Shown: positions 51,431-64,000, counted from the stretch's first letter. The stretch is DNA of 64,000 nt from Chiloscyllium plagiosum (GCF_004010195.1 NC_057750.1:11027388-11091387), one strand, 5' to 3'. Notes: generated by a model not told the origin, from the letters alone. Numbers and translations: made by a program.

Positions 51431-51680
51431 TATGATAGGCTTGAGCAACATACTCAGTGGTTTTCACTTGACAACAACTATAAGCAACTTTCACAATTAG
51501 GTTTGAAATTCACTTGTTGGAAAGTGTGGTGCTGGAAAAGCACAACAGGTCTGGCACAATGTTAGAAGCAGGAGAGTCGATGTTTCGAGCATAAGCCCTT
51601 CATCACTTGCATAAGCTTCTTTCTGTTCAAAAGACTGGGGTGGGGGAGCAGAATGTAGCAGCTGCTAAAACACAGGTAGA

Positions 51681-52162
51681 CAGGTACAATTATAACATGT
51701 ACAAGATGTTTGGACAGGTACATGATTAGAAAATGTTTAGAGGGTTATGGACCAAAAGCAGGCAATTGGGACTTATTTAGTTTGGGAAACCTGATGGGCA
51801 TGAACGAGTTGGACTGAAAGGTCTGTTTCCGTGCTGTATGACTCTATGACTCATAAGTAAGATTAGGTTCCCTCCAGTGTGGTAACAGGCCCTTCAACCC
51901 AACAAGTCCACACCGACCCTCCAAAGAGTAACCCACCTAGACCCATTTCCCTCTGACTAATGCACCTAACACTATGGGCAATTTAGCACGGCCAGTTCAC
52001 CTGGCCTGCACATCTTTAGACTGTGGGAGGAAACTGGAGCACCCGGAGGAAACCCACACAGACACAGGGAGAATGTGCAAACTCCACACATAGTCACCCA
52101 AAGCTGGAATTGAACCAAGGACCCTGGCCCTGTAAGGCAGCAGTGCTAACCACTGAACCAGC
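51681..52162. mobile_element. CR1 3' end (+, 51681-51853) and HE1 SINE (-, 51860-52162) truncating the 3' LTR
   Basis: gactctatgact tail; HE1 core on minus. Confidence 0.8.
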
Positions 52163-53069
52163 TTGCTACTCCCTTCCCTTGAGCAAGGTTGAACTCATCT
52201 GGTGCTCACCCAGAGTCTACTCAGTAAGGTTTGCACCCACCCCTCCCCACCAGGTGAGGTGCCAGCTCACCTATGACAGAGGTGCTCTGCCCACCTCAAG
52301 ATGCCACTCATTCACTTGATTGTCTGAACCACATTTGCCCAGTGGTGCTCGCCAGTCAAACAAGCCAGAAGCTCCAATTGGAGGGTTTGAGGGTGAGGCA
52401 ATCTGCAGTCTGGGTGATCTCTGTTTTAAAAGAGAAAGTTAAAGAATCATCATTTCTTGTTGCAGATCTCCCACAATGTTATCTTTCAACTCCACCCTGA
52501 TTAGGCAACTTGGTTGGGCAGTCACCCATCGGACCAACCCTGCAAGTTTCTTGCATTGCAGCAGAAGTGTTTTGTTGATGTTAAAGGATTTTAGGGTTAC
52601 CTGAGGTCGTGTGAAGCATTTCAGAAGTGCAAATTATTTCCATTTCCACGCCTGTGTGGCTATTCATTACAGTACAGTGGGTACTGTCAGAGCACAGTTA
52701 GAAACATTGGGCACATTTAACATAAAACCCTCCTAACATTTAAGAAATATTTAGGCGTGCACTTGTGATGCCAAGGTATACAAGGCTAGGAGCCAAGTGC
52801 TGGAAGATGGGATTAAAATAGTTAGGTGGTTGTTTTTGACTGGCACAGACTCAATGGGCTGAAGAGCCTTTTTCTATGCTGCAGACCTTCATGAAAACAA
52901 ACAATTTGATTTTCAACCTACATCGCTGAGGGCTATTCATTGTCAGAACGTTTCCTTGTATTCCTCAGAACCTGCCTGTGTTGCCATTAGGCATTTTAAA
53001 CAATGCATTATCCTCCAGGTTGCTCTGCACCCTCGCTGCCCAATGATTCAGGAGTCCAGGGTGTGGGGT

Positions 53070-53565
53070 AGTCACAGAGTCATATAGCACAGAAACAGAC
53101 CCTTCGGTCCAACTCATCCCCGCTGACCAGATATCCTGAATTAAACAAGTCCCATTTGCCAGCATTTGGCCCATATCCCTCCAACCCTTCTTATTCATTT
53201 ACCAATCCAGATGTCTTTTAAATGTTGTAATTGTCCCTGCCTCCATAAATCCTCTGGCAGCTCATTCCATACATGCACCACCCTCTGCATGAAAAATATC
53301 CCTCCAACCCTTCTTATTCATTTACCAATCCAGATGTCTTTTAAATGTTGTAATTGTCCCTGCCTCCATAAATCCTCTGGCAGCTCGTTCCATACTTGCA
53401 CCACCCTCTGCATGAAAATATTGCCCCTCAGGTCCCTTTTAAATCTTTCCTCTCTCACCTTAAACCTACACCATCTAGTTTGGGACTCCCCTGCCCTGGA
53501 AAAAAGAACTTGTCCATTTACCCTGTCCATGTCCTTTGTGACTATATAAACCTATATAAGGTCAC
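53070..53565 (-). mobile_element. CR1 3' fragment with a 123-bp tandem duplication
   Basis: atatccctccaaccc... at 53173 and 53296. Confidence 0.85.
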
Positions 53566-54643
53566 CCCATTCCCACTAGGCCTTGAGAAGGTGGTGGTGA
53601 GCTGCCTTCTTGAACCGCTGCTGTCCACTTGCTGTAAGTAGACCCACAATGCCTTTAGGGAAGCAGTTGGCCCAGCGACAGTGAAGTGATATATTTCGGA
53701 GTCACAATGGTGAGTGGCTTAGATGGGAACTTGCAGCGGGTGGTGTTCCCGGGTATCTGCTGCCCTTGTCATGCCAGATGAAAGTGGTCATGGGTTCGGA
53801 TGGTGCTGTCTAAGGAGCTTTGATGGATCTCTGCAGAGCACCTTGTAAATGGTACACACTGCTGCAACTGAACATTCGTGGTGGTAAGAGTGAAGGTTTG
53901 TGGATGGGGTGCCAATCAAGTGGACTGTTTTGTTATAGAGGTCTATAAAACAGCAAAAGGTCCTTTGGCCTATTGATGCTTGTCAAAAACATCACCTGGC
54001 TATTCTGTATTGTATCAAGCTCCTTGATTGTTGTTGGAACTGCACTCTAAGAGAAGTATAGAATGTGCAAGAGATATTATTTAAATATTAATTCAGAAAG
54101 ATCACAGAAGGATCCAGGTGTCCTAATACATGGGAAAGTTAGAATGCAGATACAGCAAGTGATTAGGAAGGTAAATGGGATGTTTAAATTTTTTGCAAGG
54201 GTCATAGAATATTAAAATATTAAATAGGATATTGGTGCGAGCACAATTGGAGTTGTGTTCAGTTTTGATCTCCTTACTCAAAATTACAGCTGAGAGAAGA
54301 TGCATTCAACTGGTGCCTAGAACAAGGAGGATATTTTCTGAGAAAAAGTTGGACCTGGGTTCTTTGGAGTTTTGAAGAATAGGAGGTGATCTCCTTGAAA
54401 CATATATGAACCTGAGGGTAGATGCTGAGACGATGTTTGCCTTTGCAGAATATACCAAAGGTAAAGTGGCCATAGTCCCAGAGAATCAAAGGGTTATTCT
54501 TTCAGTGGAGAAAGAGAGAGATGACTGGTGGTGAGTTTACCCTGAGATTCAGCACTCTTCAGGTGAGGGACAAAGTTGAGAAGACATAGTGACCTCAACC
54601 TTTACAGGAATTGAACCCATAATTTTGGCATCACTCTGACTTG

Positions 54644-55185
54644 TGTAACAAAGCTGCTTCTTTAACAAGGTTATTCTATTTTGTTTTGAGAGGGGTCATA
54701 AAGGCAGAGGTTCCAACATGTCTGGAATTATCTACTTGAAAATACTTTTTTTAGAAACAGTTGTACAATGAAAGGGAGTGGTCAGTTTTCCAAGTTCAGG
54801 GTTTTTTCTAGTTTTGGGTTAGCTGGGGACCCAAAGAAATAGCTCCATGTTAATCCCCTCTCTCTGCAATCTCTTTCCTGTAAGAACCTGTATTTGAATT
54901 TACCTTTTTGCCAAAGGGGTGTTATAGGATGTTGCAGGAAAATCAGAACAGCTCTTTGTTATGTTACGTTTTTGTGTTAGTTGTGTTTTCAAATACTTGT
55001 GTTATTCTAAATTTGATTTTCTTTTGTTCATGTATAAATAAATTGTTTTATTTAAAACCAAGTGATTTGACCAGCTGTGTTGCTCCTGAAATATTCACCT
55101 TACATCTGCTTAAAATACCTAGAAAAGTTAGGTTCTGGGCTACCTTCTTGAAATGTTTTGAGTGGATTTAGCCTGGTCCATAACA
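54644..55185 (+). mobile_element. Solo LTR (TG...CA), family of 7643-8271
   Basis: tgtaacaaag...gcctggtccataaca; flanks cttg/attg (imperfect 4-bp TSD). Confidence 0.75.
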
Positions 55186-55439
55186 ATTGTAAACCACCCT
55201 TCCAAACTAACTGACCCCCATATGAGACATTACAACCTGAATCATGGTTTAAGAATAAGGTGTCTCTCATGTAAGAAGGAGTTGAGGAGGCGTTTATTCT
55301 TTCAGAGGGTCATTAGTCTAGGGAACAGTCTAGAGGTTGGGGTCATTGAATATCTTTAAAGCTGGGTTAGAAAGAATCCTGATCAACCAGAGGATACTGA
55401 GGGAAAGATGGAAAGTGGAGCTGAGGCCACAATCAGATC

Positions 55440-56045
55440 ATAGAGCCTTAGAATCTTACACCATGGAAACAGACCATTCAGTCCAACCAGTCTATGGTGA
55501 ACATAATCCCAAACTAAACTAGTCCCACCTGCCTGTGCTTGGCCCATATCCCTCCAAACATTTCTTATTCACGGACTTCTACAAATGACTTTTAAATGTT
55601 GTAACTGTACCCGCATCCCACCACTTCCTCTAGAAGTTCACTGCACATATGAACCACTCTCTGTATAAAAAACAATGCCTCTTGGCTCCCTTTTACATCT
55701 TTCTCCTCTCACCTTAATCTTACACCATGGAAACAGACCATTCAGTCCAACCAGTCTATGGTGAACATAATCCCAAACTAAACTAGTCCCACCTGTCTGT
55801 GCTTGGCCCATATCCCTCCAAACATTTCTTATTCACGTACTTCTACAAATGACTTTTAAATGTTGTAACTGTACCCGCATCTCACCACTTCCTCTAGAGG
55901 TTCACTGCACATATGAACCACTCTCTGTGTAAAAAACAATGCCTCTTGGCTCCCTTTTACATCTTTCTCCTCTCACCTTAAAAATATGTCCCTTAATCTT
56001 GAAATCCCCCACCTTAGGGAAAGACACCTGCCTTATCTATACCCT
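55440..56045 (-). mobile_element. CR1 3' fragment with a 264-bp tandem duplication
   Basis: aatcttacaccatgg... at 55452 and 55716. Confidence 0.85.
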
Positions 56046-57077
56046 GGCTCTTTTGGGGAACTGGCGCAGATACGATGGGCTGAATGGCCTCCTTCTATGC
56101 TATAACAATTCTGTGATTCTCTGCCCTCCTGCTTGTCACTCTTCCTGTAGTTACTTACATGACCATGTGATATGACTCAGCAGTCAATGCATTCCAAGCA
56201 CCAGATTAGCACAACATGCTTATATAACATATGCCCCGGATCTCGAAAAAGCAGTTACGTGAAAACAGATTTATCTACAGTCAATATTTAGGGAAACACA
56301 GAGTTAATCTGTGCAGAAATAGTGTGTGAATATTGGTCCGAATATCCAGGAGAACCACCCAGCTCTTGTTTGGATAGCACTGTGGGATCTTCTACATTTA
56401 TCTGAGCAGGCAGACGGACACGTGGTTTAGCAACTCATTCAAAACACAGCACCTCCAACAATGCAGCAGTTCCTCAGTACTGCATGAGAATGTCAGCTTT
56501 ACTTTGGAGGCAGGTCTACAGAATCGTCAGTGGAAGATTGATGCCTTTAATAATACTTGTCCTTCCTTGGTTCTTTCTGCTGATACCCCACACGTCCTCA
56601 GTGTGTAGTTTGGAACAGACAAATTCTTGTGACTGTAAGGATTTAGCAAATGCATTAAGAGACAACCTCAGAACACACTGCAAGGCCTTATCTCCCATAC
56701 AATTATACCTCCCTCGAAATAAAAGGAACTTGCATATCTGGAGAATTTCTCAAAACCTCACAATGTTTTTACAATTATGTACATTGAAGTGTAGTCGCTG
56801 TTGCAATGTAGGAAATGTGGTTATCAATTTACATACAGGAAGCTTCAATAAGGCACAATCTGCTAATGACCAGAACACATGTTTATGTGATGTTGATTGA
56901 GGGATAGATATTGGTCAGGTAAACTCACCATAGTTCCTGAGGGCTATTGTCTCATTAGAGAGAGAGAGAAAGACAGAGACAGAGAGAGGGAGAGAAAAAC
57001 TGCTTGTGGTCAGTTTAATGTGAAGGTCACCACACCTCAGGGGAGGGGCAAGGTTGAGGAAGTGGGATCATCTCAGA

Positions 57078-59440
57078 TAGAGTCATAGAGTCATAGAGAT
57101 GTACAACACGGAAACAGACCCTTTGGTCCAACTCGTCCATGCCGACCAGATATCCCAACCCAATCTAGTTCCATCTGACAGCACTCAGCCCCTATCCCTC
57201 CAAACCCTTCCTATTCATATACCCATCCAGATGCCTTTTAAATGTTGCAATTGTACGAGCCTCCACCACTTCCTCTGGCAGCTCACATACCANNNNNNNN
57301 NNNNNNNNNNNNNNNNNNNNNNNNNNNNNNNNNNNNNNNNNNNNNNNNNNNNNNNNNNNNNNNNNNNNNNNNNNNNNNNNNNNNNNNNNNNNNNNNNNNN
57401 NNNNNNNNNNNNNNNNNNNNNNNNNNNNNNNNNNNNNNNNNNNNNNNNNNNNNNNNNNNNNNNNNNNNNNNNNNNNNNNNNNNNNNNNNNNNNNNNNNNN
57501 NNNNNNNNNNNNNNNNNNNNNNNNNNNNNNNNNNNNNNNNNNNNNNNNNNNNNNNNNNNNNNNNNNNNNNNNNNNNNNNNNNNNNNNNNNNNNNNNNNNN
57601 NNNNNNNNNNNNNNTATAAGTCCTGCTCAGATTTGCTTTCCCAAAATGCAGCACCTCACATTGATCTGAATTAAACTCCATCTGCCACTTCTCAGCCCAC
57701 TGGCCCATCTGATCAACAACCTGTTATAATCTGAAGTAACCTCTTCGCTGTCCACTACACCTCCAATTTTGGTGTCATCTGCAAACTTACTAACTATACT
57801 TCTTATGCTCACATCCAAATCATTTATATAAATGACAAAAAGCAGTGGACCCAGCACCGATCATTGTGGTAGTCCACTGGTCACAGGTCTCCAGTCTGAA
57901 AAACAGCCTTCTACCACCACCCTCTGTCTTCTACCTTTGAGCCAGTTCTGTATCCAAATGCTAGTTCTCCCTGTATTCCGTGACATCTAATGTTGCTAAC
58001 CAGTCTCCCGTGGGGAACCTTGTCGAACGCCTTACTGGAGTCCATATAGATCACATCTATCACCTCTGCCCTTATCAATCCTCTTTGTTACTTCTTCAAA
58101 AAACTCAATCAAGTTTGTGAGACATGATTTCCCATGCACAAAGCCATGTTGGCTATCCCTAATCAATCCTTGCCTTTCCAAATACATGTACACCCTGTCC
58201 CTCAGGATTCCCTCCAACAACTTGCCCACAACTGATGTCAGGCTCACTGGTCTATAGTTCCCTGGCTTCTTCCTACCACCTTTCTTAAACAGTGGCACCA
58301 CGTTTGCCAACCTCCAGTCTTCCGGCACCTCACCTGTGACTATCAATGATACAAATATCTCAGCAAGAGGCCCAACAATCACTCCCCTAGCTTCCCACAG
58401 AGTTCCTGGTTACACATGATTAGGTCCTGGGGATTTATCCAGCACTTCCTCCTCTGTAATATGGACATTTTTCAAGATGTCTCCATCTATTTCCCTACAT
58501 TCTATAGTTCAGAGATAAAAAGAGAAAATGCTGGGCAAGCTCAGCAGTTCAGGCAGCATCTGTGGAGAGATATCCTTTTCCACAGTAAATACTGATGCAA
58601 AATACTCATTTAGTATCTTCCCCATTTTCTGCGGCTCCACACAAAAGCCGCCTTGCTGATCTTTGAGGGGCCTTATTCTCTCCCTAGTTACCCTTTTGTC
58701 TTTAATGTATTTGTAAAAACCCTTTGGATTCTCCTTAATTCTATTTGCCAAAGCTATCTCATGTCCCCTTTTTCCCCTCTTCATTTCTCTCTTCAGTATA
58801 CTCCTACTGCCTTTATACTCTTCTAAGGATTCACTTGATCTATCCTGTCTATACCTGACATATGCTTCCTTCTTTTTTTCACCAAATCCTCAATTTTGTT
58901 AGTCATCCAGCATTCCCTATACCTATCAGCCTTTCCTTTCAGCCTGACAGGAATATACTTTCTTTGTACTCTCGTTATCTCATTTCTGAAGGCTTCCCAT
59001 TTTCCAGCCGTCCCTTTACCTGCGAACATCTGCCCCAATCAGCTTTTGAAAGTTCTCGCCTAATATCGTCAAAATTGGTATTTCTTCAATTTAGAACTTC
59101 AACTTTTAGATCTGGTCTATCCTTTTCCATCACTATTTTAAATCTAATAGAATTATGGTCGCTGGCTCCAAAGTGCTCCCTCAGTGACACCTCAGTCATC
59201 TGCCCTGCCTTATTTCCCAACAGTAAGTCAGGTTTTGCACCTTCTCTAGTAGGTACATCCACATACTGAATCAGAAATTTTTTTTGTACACACCTAACAA
59301 ATTCCTCTCCATCTAAACCCTTAACACTATGGCAGTCCCAGTCTATGTTTGGAAAGTTAAAATCCCCTACCATAATCACCCTATTATTCTTACAGATAGC
59401 TGAGATCTCCCTACAAATTTGTTTCTCAATTTCCCTCTGA
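57078..59440 (-). mobile_element. CR1 LINE ORF2 (APE endonuclease C-terminal part and RT), 5'-truncated, spanning the assembly gap
   Basis: VGDFNFPNIDW, GASDHNSI, NYRPVSLTSVVGKLLE, QHGF, LGPLLFVIYINDLD, KFADDTK. Confidence 0.9.
57293..57614. other. Assembly gap (N run)
   Basis: Run of N. Confidence 1.
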
Positions 59441-59593
59441 TGCTGGCTTCTGCTAATCTAACTGTCAATCTGAGTAAGTCACCACTCTGAGGCATTTAGC
59501 CTGCAAGAGTAAACCAACGGCTTCATGACTCCATGAACATAACAACCTTACAACCTGATTCAGGCAGGTAATGCAGGATATGCTAAGAGACAC

Positions 59594-60076
59594 AGCGGCA
59601 CAGTGGTTAGCACTGCTGCCTCATAGCGCTTGAGACCCGGGTTCAATTCCCACCTCAGGCGACTGACTGTGTGGAGTTTGCTCATTCTCCCCGTGTCTGC
59701 GTGGGTTTCCTCCGGGTGCTCTGGTTTTCTCCCACCGTCCAAAGATGTGCAGGTCAGGTGAATTGGCCATGCTAAATTGCCCATAGTGTTAGGTAAGGGG
59801 CAAATGTAGGGGTATGGGTGGGTTGCGCTTTGGCGGGTAAGTGTGGACTTGTTGGGCCGAAGGGCCTGTTTACTGTCTGCGTGGGTTTCCTCCGGGTGCT
59901 CTGGTTTTCTCCCACCGTCCAAAGATGTGCAGGTCAGGTGAATTGGCCATGCTAAATTGCCCATAGTGTTAGGTAAGGGCCAAATGTAGGGGTATGGGTG
60001 GGTTGCGCTTTGGCGGGTCAGTGTGGACTTATTGGGCCGAAGGGCCTGTTTACACACTGTAATGTAATCTAATCTA
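59594..60076 (+). mobile_element. HE1-type SINE with a 180-bp internal tandem duplication
   Basis: tgtctgcgtggg... at 59694 and 59874. Confidence 0.85.
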
Positions 60077-60313
60077 AAACACAGTGTAGGGGGAGCTTTA
60101 TTCTGTATTTAACCCTGACCTGTACCTATTCTGGTAATGTTTGATGGGGAACAATATGGAGGGAATTTTACTCTGTACCTAACCCCATGCTGTCCCTGTC
60201 CTGGGAGTGTTTGATGGAGACAGTGTAGAGGAAGCTTTACTCTCTATCTAACCCCGTGCTATCCCTGTCCTGGGAGTGTTTGACAGGGATAATGTCGAGG
60301 AATTTTTACTCTG

Positions 60314-61352
60314 TGTGGGAAAAAGATCTGCCACCCTGCTCACCCACAGCATGGCCACATAAAAAACACAGAAGCTGGCCTGCAAAACACAGAAATCAAC
60401 CCTGCCAGCATATACAGAAACTACCCATAGTGCCCCAGTCTTGGCCAAACAGGCTAACATAGAAACCAGACATGGCCAATCTACCCCCAGACCAGAGAAT
60501 ACACTTCCTAAAACAGTTTTCACAATCAGCTCCCAGCCCAGGTTAGTACTGCAGTTCCAACACCCTAATAGCAGGCTCCTTTCCCACTGAAACTGATATC
60601 TCATAAACAAAGTGGCAGACTGAGAGACCCCGCAGGAGGAACACAATGGACACACATGAATGCCAGGAGAAGGGACGTTTGCACATATTCGCGCAGATGG
60701 GAAATACAATGAAGACATTCTCACCCCCTCACGGAGATGGCTAGAATCTCCTGGGTCAATTACAAATAAATTGCTGCTGCCGGACACTTGGTTATCGTCC
60801 ATTCAGTTTATTCTTGTTTTAATCTCTACTATTTTTGCCATTTTACTGTAACTACTTTACAATTATTACCTTTATGCTGTACCCCTATAAAGCATGCCTG
60901 CAACCTTCAGTTCTGAAAGAGCATTCTGGCTAGCTGTGCAGAGAATCAGTTCTGTGTCAACCTGGTCAATTTGTTTTCTGCAATATCGCTTTGTTTAATT
61001 AGACTGCTTGTCAATTTCACCGCGATCCTCGTCATGATTTGGAGATGCCGGTGTTGGACTGGGGTGTACAAAGTTAAAACTCACACGACACCAGGTTATA
61101 GTCCAACAGGTTTATTTGGAAGCACTAGCTTTCGGAGTGCCGCTCCTTCATCAGGTGGTTGTGGAGGACACAATTGTAAGATACAGAATTTATAGCAATT
61201 GCGTCTTACAACTGTGTACTCCACAACCACCTGATGAAGGAGCAGCGCTCCGAAAGGTAGTGCTTCTATTTAAACCTGTTGGACTATAACCTGGTGTTGT
61301 GTGAGTTTTAACTGTGATCCTCATTTGTGACCTCTGCTCAATTTCTCTGACA
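60314..61352 (+). mobile_element. Solo LTR (TG...CA) with 5-bp TSD CTCTG, containing a nested PLE family B palindrome
   Basis: ctctg at 60309-60313 and 61353-61357; TATA-like cctataaa near 60883; nested repeat at about 61035-61312. Confidence 0.75.
61123..61157 (-). ncRNA. Minimal hammerhead motif, family B (mirror copy at 61228-61262, +)
   Basis: cac-CTGATGA-A-GGAG-cggca-CTCC-GAAAGCTA-gtg: palindromic AGCT, UA cleavage site, 3-bp stem I (cac/gtg). Confidence 0.65.
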
Positions 61353-61804
61353 CTCTGTATCTAACTCGTCTTGGGAGTGTTTGATGGGGACAGAAGTTTA
61401 CTCTGTATCTAACCCCATGATTGTTCCTGTGCTGAGAGTGTTTGGTGGGGACAGTGTAGAGGAATCTTTACTCTGTATCTAACCCTGTATTGTCCCTATC
61501 CTGGCTGTGTTTGATGGGGTCATTAGAAGGAAGTTCTCCTTCCCTGCTCCAGTTTAAGAAGCGTTGTAGAGGATGTTCCACATTGGACTTGTCCAGTGTC
61601 TCACAAAATAAAAGCTCACAGTGTAGGGGTGTGGTATTAGCATGGGTCTAAGAATTGGTTAGCTAACAGGGAACAGACAGTAGGTACAAATGGGTCATTT
61701 TCTGATTGGTAAGATTAACTAGTGGAGTGCCAGAGGGATCAGAACTGGGGCTTCAACTATTTACAATCAATATCAGTCACTTAGATGAAGGGACCAAAAA
61801 GCAT

Positions 61805-62090
61805 AGATTAGATTAGATTCCCTACAGTGTGGAAACAGGCCCTTTGGCCCAACAAGTCCACACTGACCCTCTGAAGAGCAACCCGCCCAGACCCCTACAC
61901 CTAACGCTACCGACAATTTAGCATGGCCAATTCACCCTAACCTGCACATTTTTGGACTGTGGGAGGAAACCAGAGCACCCAGAGGAAACCCACACAGACA
62001 CGGGGAGAACGTGCAAACTCCACACAGACAGTCGCCTGAGTCGGGAATTGAACCCGGGTCTCTGGCGCTGTGAGGCAGCAGTGCTAACCC
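61805..62090 (-). mobile_element. HE1-type SINE nested in an old CR1 fragment (about 61570-62250)
   Basis: HE1 core; flanking SGVPEGSELG...IYINISHLD remnant. Confidence 0.8.
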
Positions 62091-62899
62091 GTAGTTGCTT
62101 AATATACTGATGACACAAAGGTAGGTGGGAAACTGAGAATTGAAGAGGACAAAGGGAGCCTGCAAACCGATACAGATGGATTAAATGAGAGGATAAGTGT
62201 TGATTAATGGAGTACACTTTAAGATGTGTGAAACTGTCCCATTTGGCAGGGAGACAATGGCCTAATGTGATTACTACTGGATTATTAATCCAGAGACCCA
62301 GGTAATGTTCTGGAACGCAACTTCAAATCCCGCCATGGAATCCAATAAAAATCTTGAATTAAGAGTCTGCTGGTGACCATGAAACAGTTGCTGATGATCA
62401 GGAAACCCTGCTTGGTTCACTAATGTCCCATCGGAAAGAAAACTCCCGTCGTCATCTGGTCTGGAACTCCAGACCCACAGCCAATGTGATTGCCTTCTGG
62501 GTAATAAATGCTGGCCTAGCTAGTGATGTCTACATCTTGTGAACGAAAACGAAAAATAGAAAAGAACTGAATCATAGAACTCTAAGAGGAACCATGGAAT
62601 AGGATTTGGTTAGTGTACAGGTCCAACAAGAGATCAGTCAAATATTATGTTATCATGAGGAATGGGTATCGATGAGACCACATTTAGAGAGTATTAGTCT
62701 CCTTACTGAGATTAAAATCACATTAGCAGTTGTGCAGAAAAAATTCACACAACTGATTCTTTCATTGATGTAATTTCCTTAAGAGAAAATGTTGGACAGT
62801 ATGGGTCTGTATCTATTGGGGTTTAGTAGAATGACAGGTTTTCCAATGAAATGTAAGATCTTGAGGGGACCTGACACGGTGTTGCCCTGGGTGGGGGCA

Positions 62900-63260
62900 G
62901 AAAACTGACCATACAAGTGCACGGACATCAGCTCACCACTGCCAGATAAGACCAGTACTCTCTCAATTCCAACCACACAGACAACGAAGGACACAAAGTC
63001 AACTGGGACAATGTAACCATCCAAGCACAGGCTAAACAGAGACACGCCAAAGAATTCCTTGAAGCCTGAACTCAATCAATAAACACATTGAACTGGACCA
63101 CGTATACAAACTACTCAGATACAGAACCGGAAGTACCAAACAACAGAGACACTTAAATACCAGGTGGGACAGACCACCAATATTGTATCGACAACGCACG
63201 GACAATGTCACCTAGTGAGGCGTTGCAATGTCTGCAGAAATCCACACTAGCTCGGTGGAC
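62900..63260 (+). mobile_element. Second Penelope-like lineage: GIY-YIG C-terminal remnant and terminal repeat
   Basis: HGHQLTTAR*DQYSLNSNHTDNEGHKVNWDNVTIQAQAKQRHAKEFLEA*, followed by a decayed atgtcacctag...tgtctg hammerhead-like stretch. Confidence 0.7.
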
Positions 63261-64000
63261 TACAATGATTTAGAATATCAGGTTGGCATGGGCAAGTCAG
63301 ATCGAAGGGTCTGCCTCCGTGCTGTGCAACTCTATGACTAAGAGGCTGATAATTTTTTTAGAATTAAAGGCATCAAGGGGTATGGGGAGAAAGTGGGAAC
63401 ATGGCATTGAGACAGAAGATCAGCTACGAAGAGCTGAATGTCCGATTCCTAACTTCTATGAAAAGGAAATCTTTTTTTTGTCACACGCCTGCGTGTGGTA
63501 CAGGTGATGCTCATCCTCTCTGGTCAAAACCTGATTCCGTCAAATTGCAACTTTAAATGCAACTGCTTTCACAGCCACTGCCATCAGGATTAATCACCCC
63601 ACTCAGTTATTCCTTCTGCTTGTGACTTTAAAATTAAAATTCAGCCTGACGGAACACAACATTGTTTCTTGCTGACGATGTAAAGGTTTGTTCACACACT
63701 TTTCCTCAAGGTGTGGTACAAGAGACCTGCTTTTCTGATCTCACTATCATGTCTTAATGAAGCTGATTTTATCTCTGAATCAGTGTTATGCAATTCAAGA
63801 CTGTCCGTCATGGAGATGCTGTCTTTTCAGACTTTATCTCAAATGTTCCTGCTGCTCACCACATTCATTAATGCCTTGGAGTTTGAAATGCAAGTTTGTA
63901 GTAAACACAAAGTTAGGAGAGATGGGAAACTGCAAATGGAGACTCATATAGATGCTCCAATCACCAAGGGAATGAAAAATGATCAGGAATGTAGAGTTGA

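Larger units (their letters stand above)
44256..51681 (+). mobile_element. Decayed endogenous retrovirus-like LTR element (LTR-PBS-gag-[no pol]-env-PPT-truncated LTR) with many nested insertions
   Basis: 5' LTR about 44256-45334 (TATA-like gatataaaa near 44709, ends CA); PBS 45340-45355; gag remnants 47170-49300; env remnants about 49600-51430; purine tract then tgtagcag...gctgctaaaacac at 51654 matching the 5' LTR start. Confidence 0.7.
60080..61520 (-). repeat. 69-bp satellite array, split by a solo LTR
   Basis: Reverse-complement units (ttactctgtatctaacccc...ctgtcctgggagtgtttgatgggga) at 60080-60313 and 61353-61520. Confidence 0.85.

Noticed and set aside
57099..57708. Long ORFs spanning 57099-57708
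   Set aside because: Artefacts of translating through the N gap.
60248..60802. 184-aa minus-strand ORF
   Set aside because: Lies mostly within the solo LTR and satellite; no domain signal.

Overview
Repeat-rich vertebrate DNA, most likely a shark: HE1-type tRNA SINEs, dense CR1 LINEs and Penelope-like elements dominate. Two genes converge as they do in human: the last two coding exons of BCKDHA (+; 9060-9231, 12649-12819) and a single-coding-exon GT31 beta-1,3-GlcNAc transferase (-; 20463-21695), most likely B3GNT8. The main signals beyond the gene list are: (1) about 15 short Penelope terminal-repeat insertions, several palindromic and with 14-15 bp TSDs, carrying minimal hammerhead-ribozyme cores, three of them intact; (2) a decayed gag+env, pol-less ERV-like element (about 44256-51681) with a tRNA-Asn PBS, a ruined CCHC knuckle and a duplicated env-tail/PPT block upstream of its 5' LTR; (3) a 69-bp satellite that also occurs in that element's leader and elsewhere hosts a solo LTR; (4) a 1.4 kb splice-bounded, stop-depleted decayed reading frame between the two genes. 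There is an assembly gap at 57293-57614. Repeat boundaries are read by eye and approximate, and family names rest on motif recall, not database searches.
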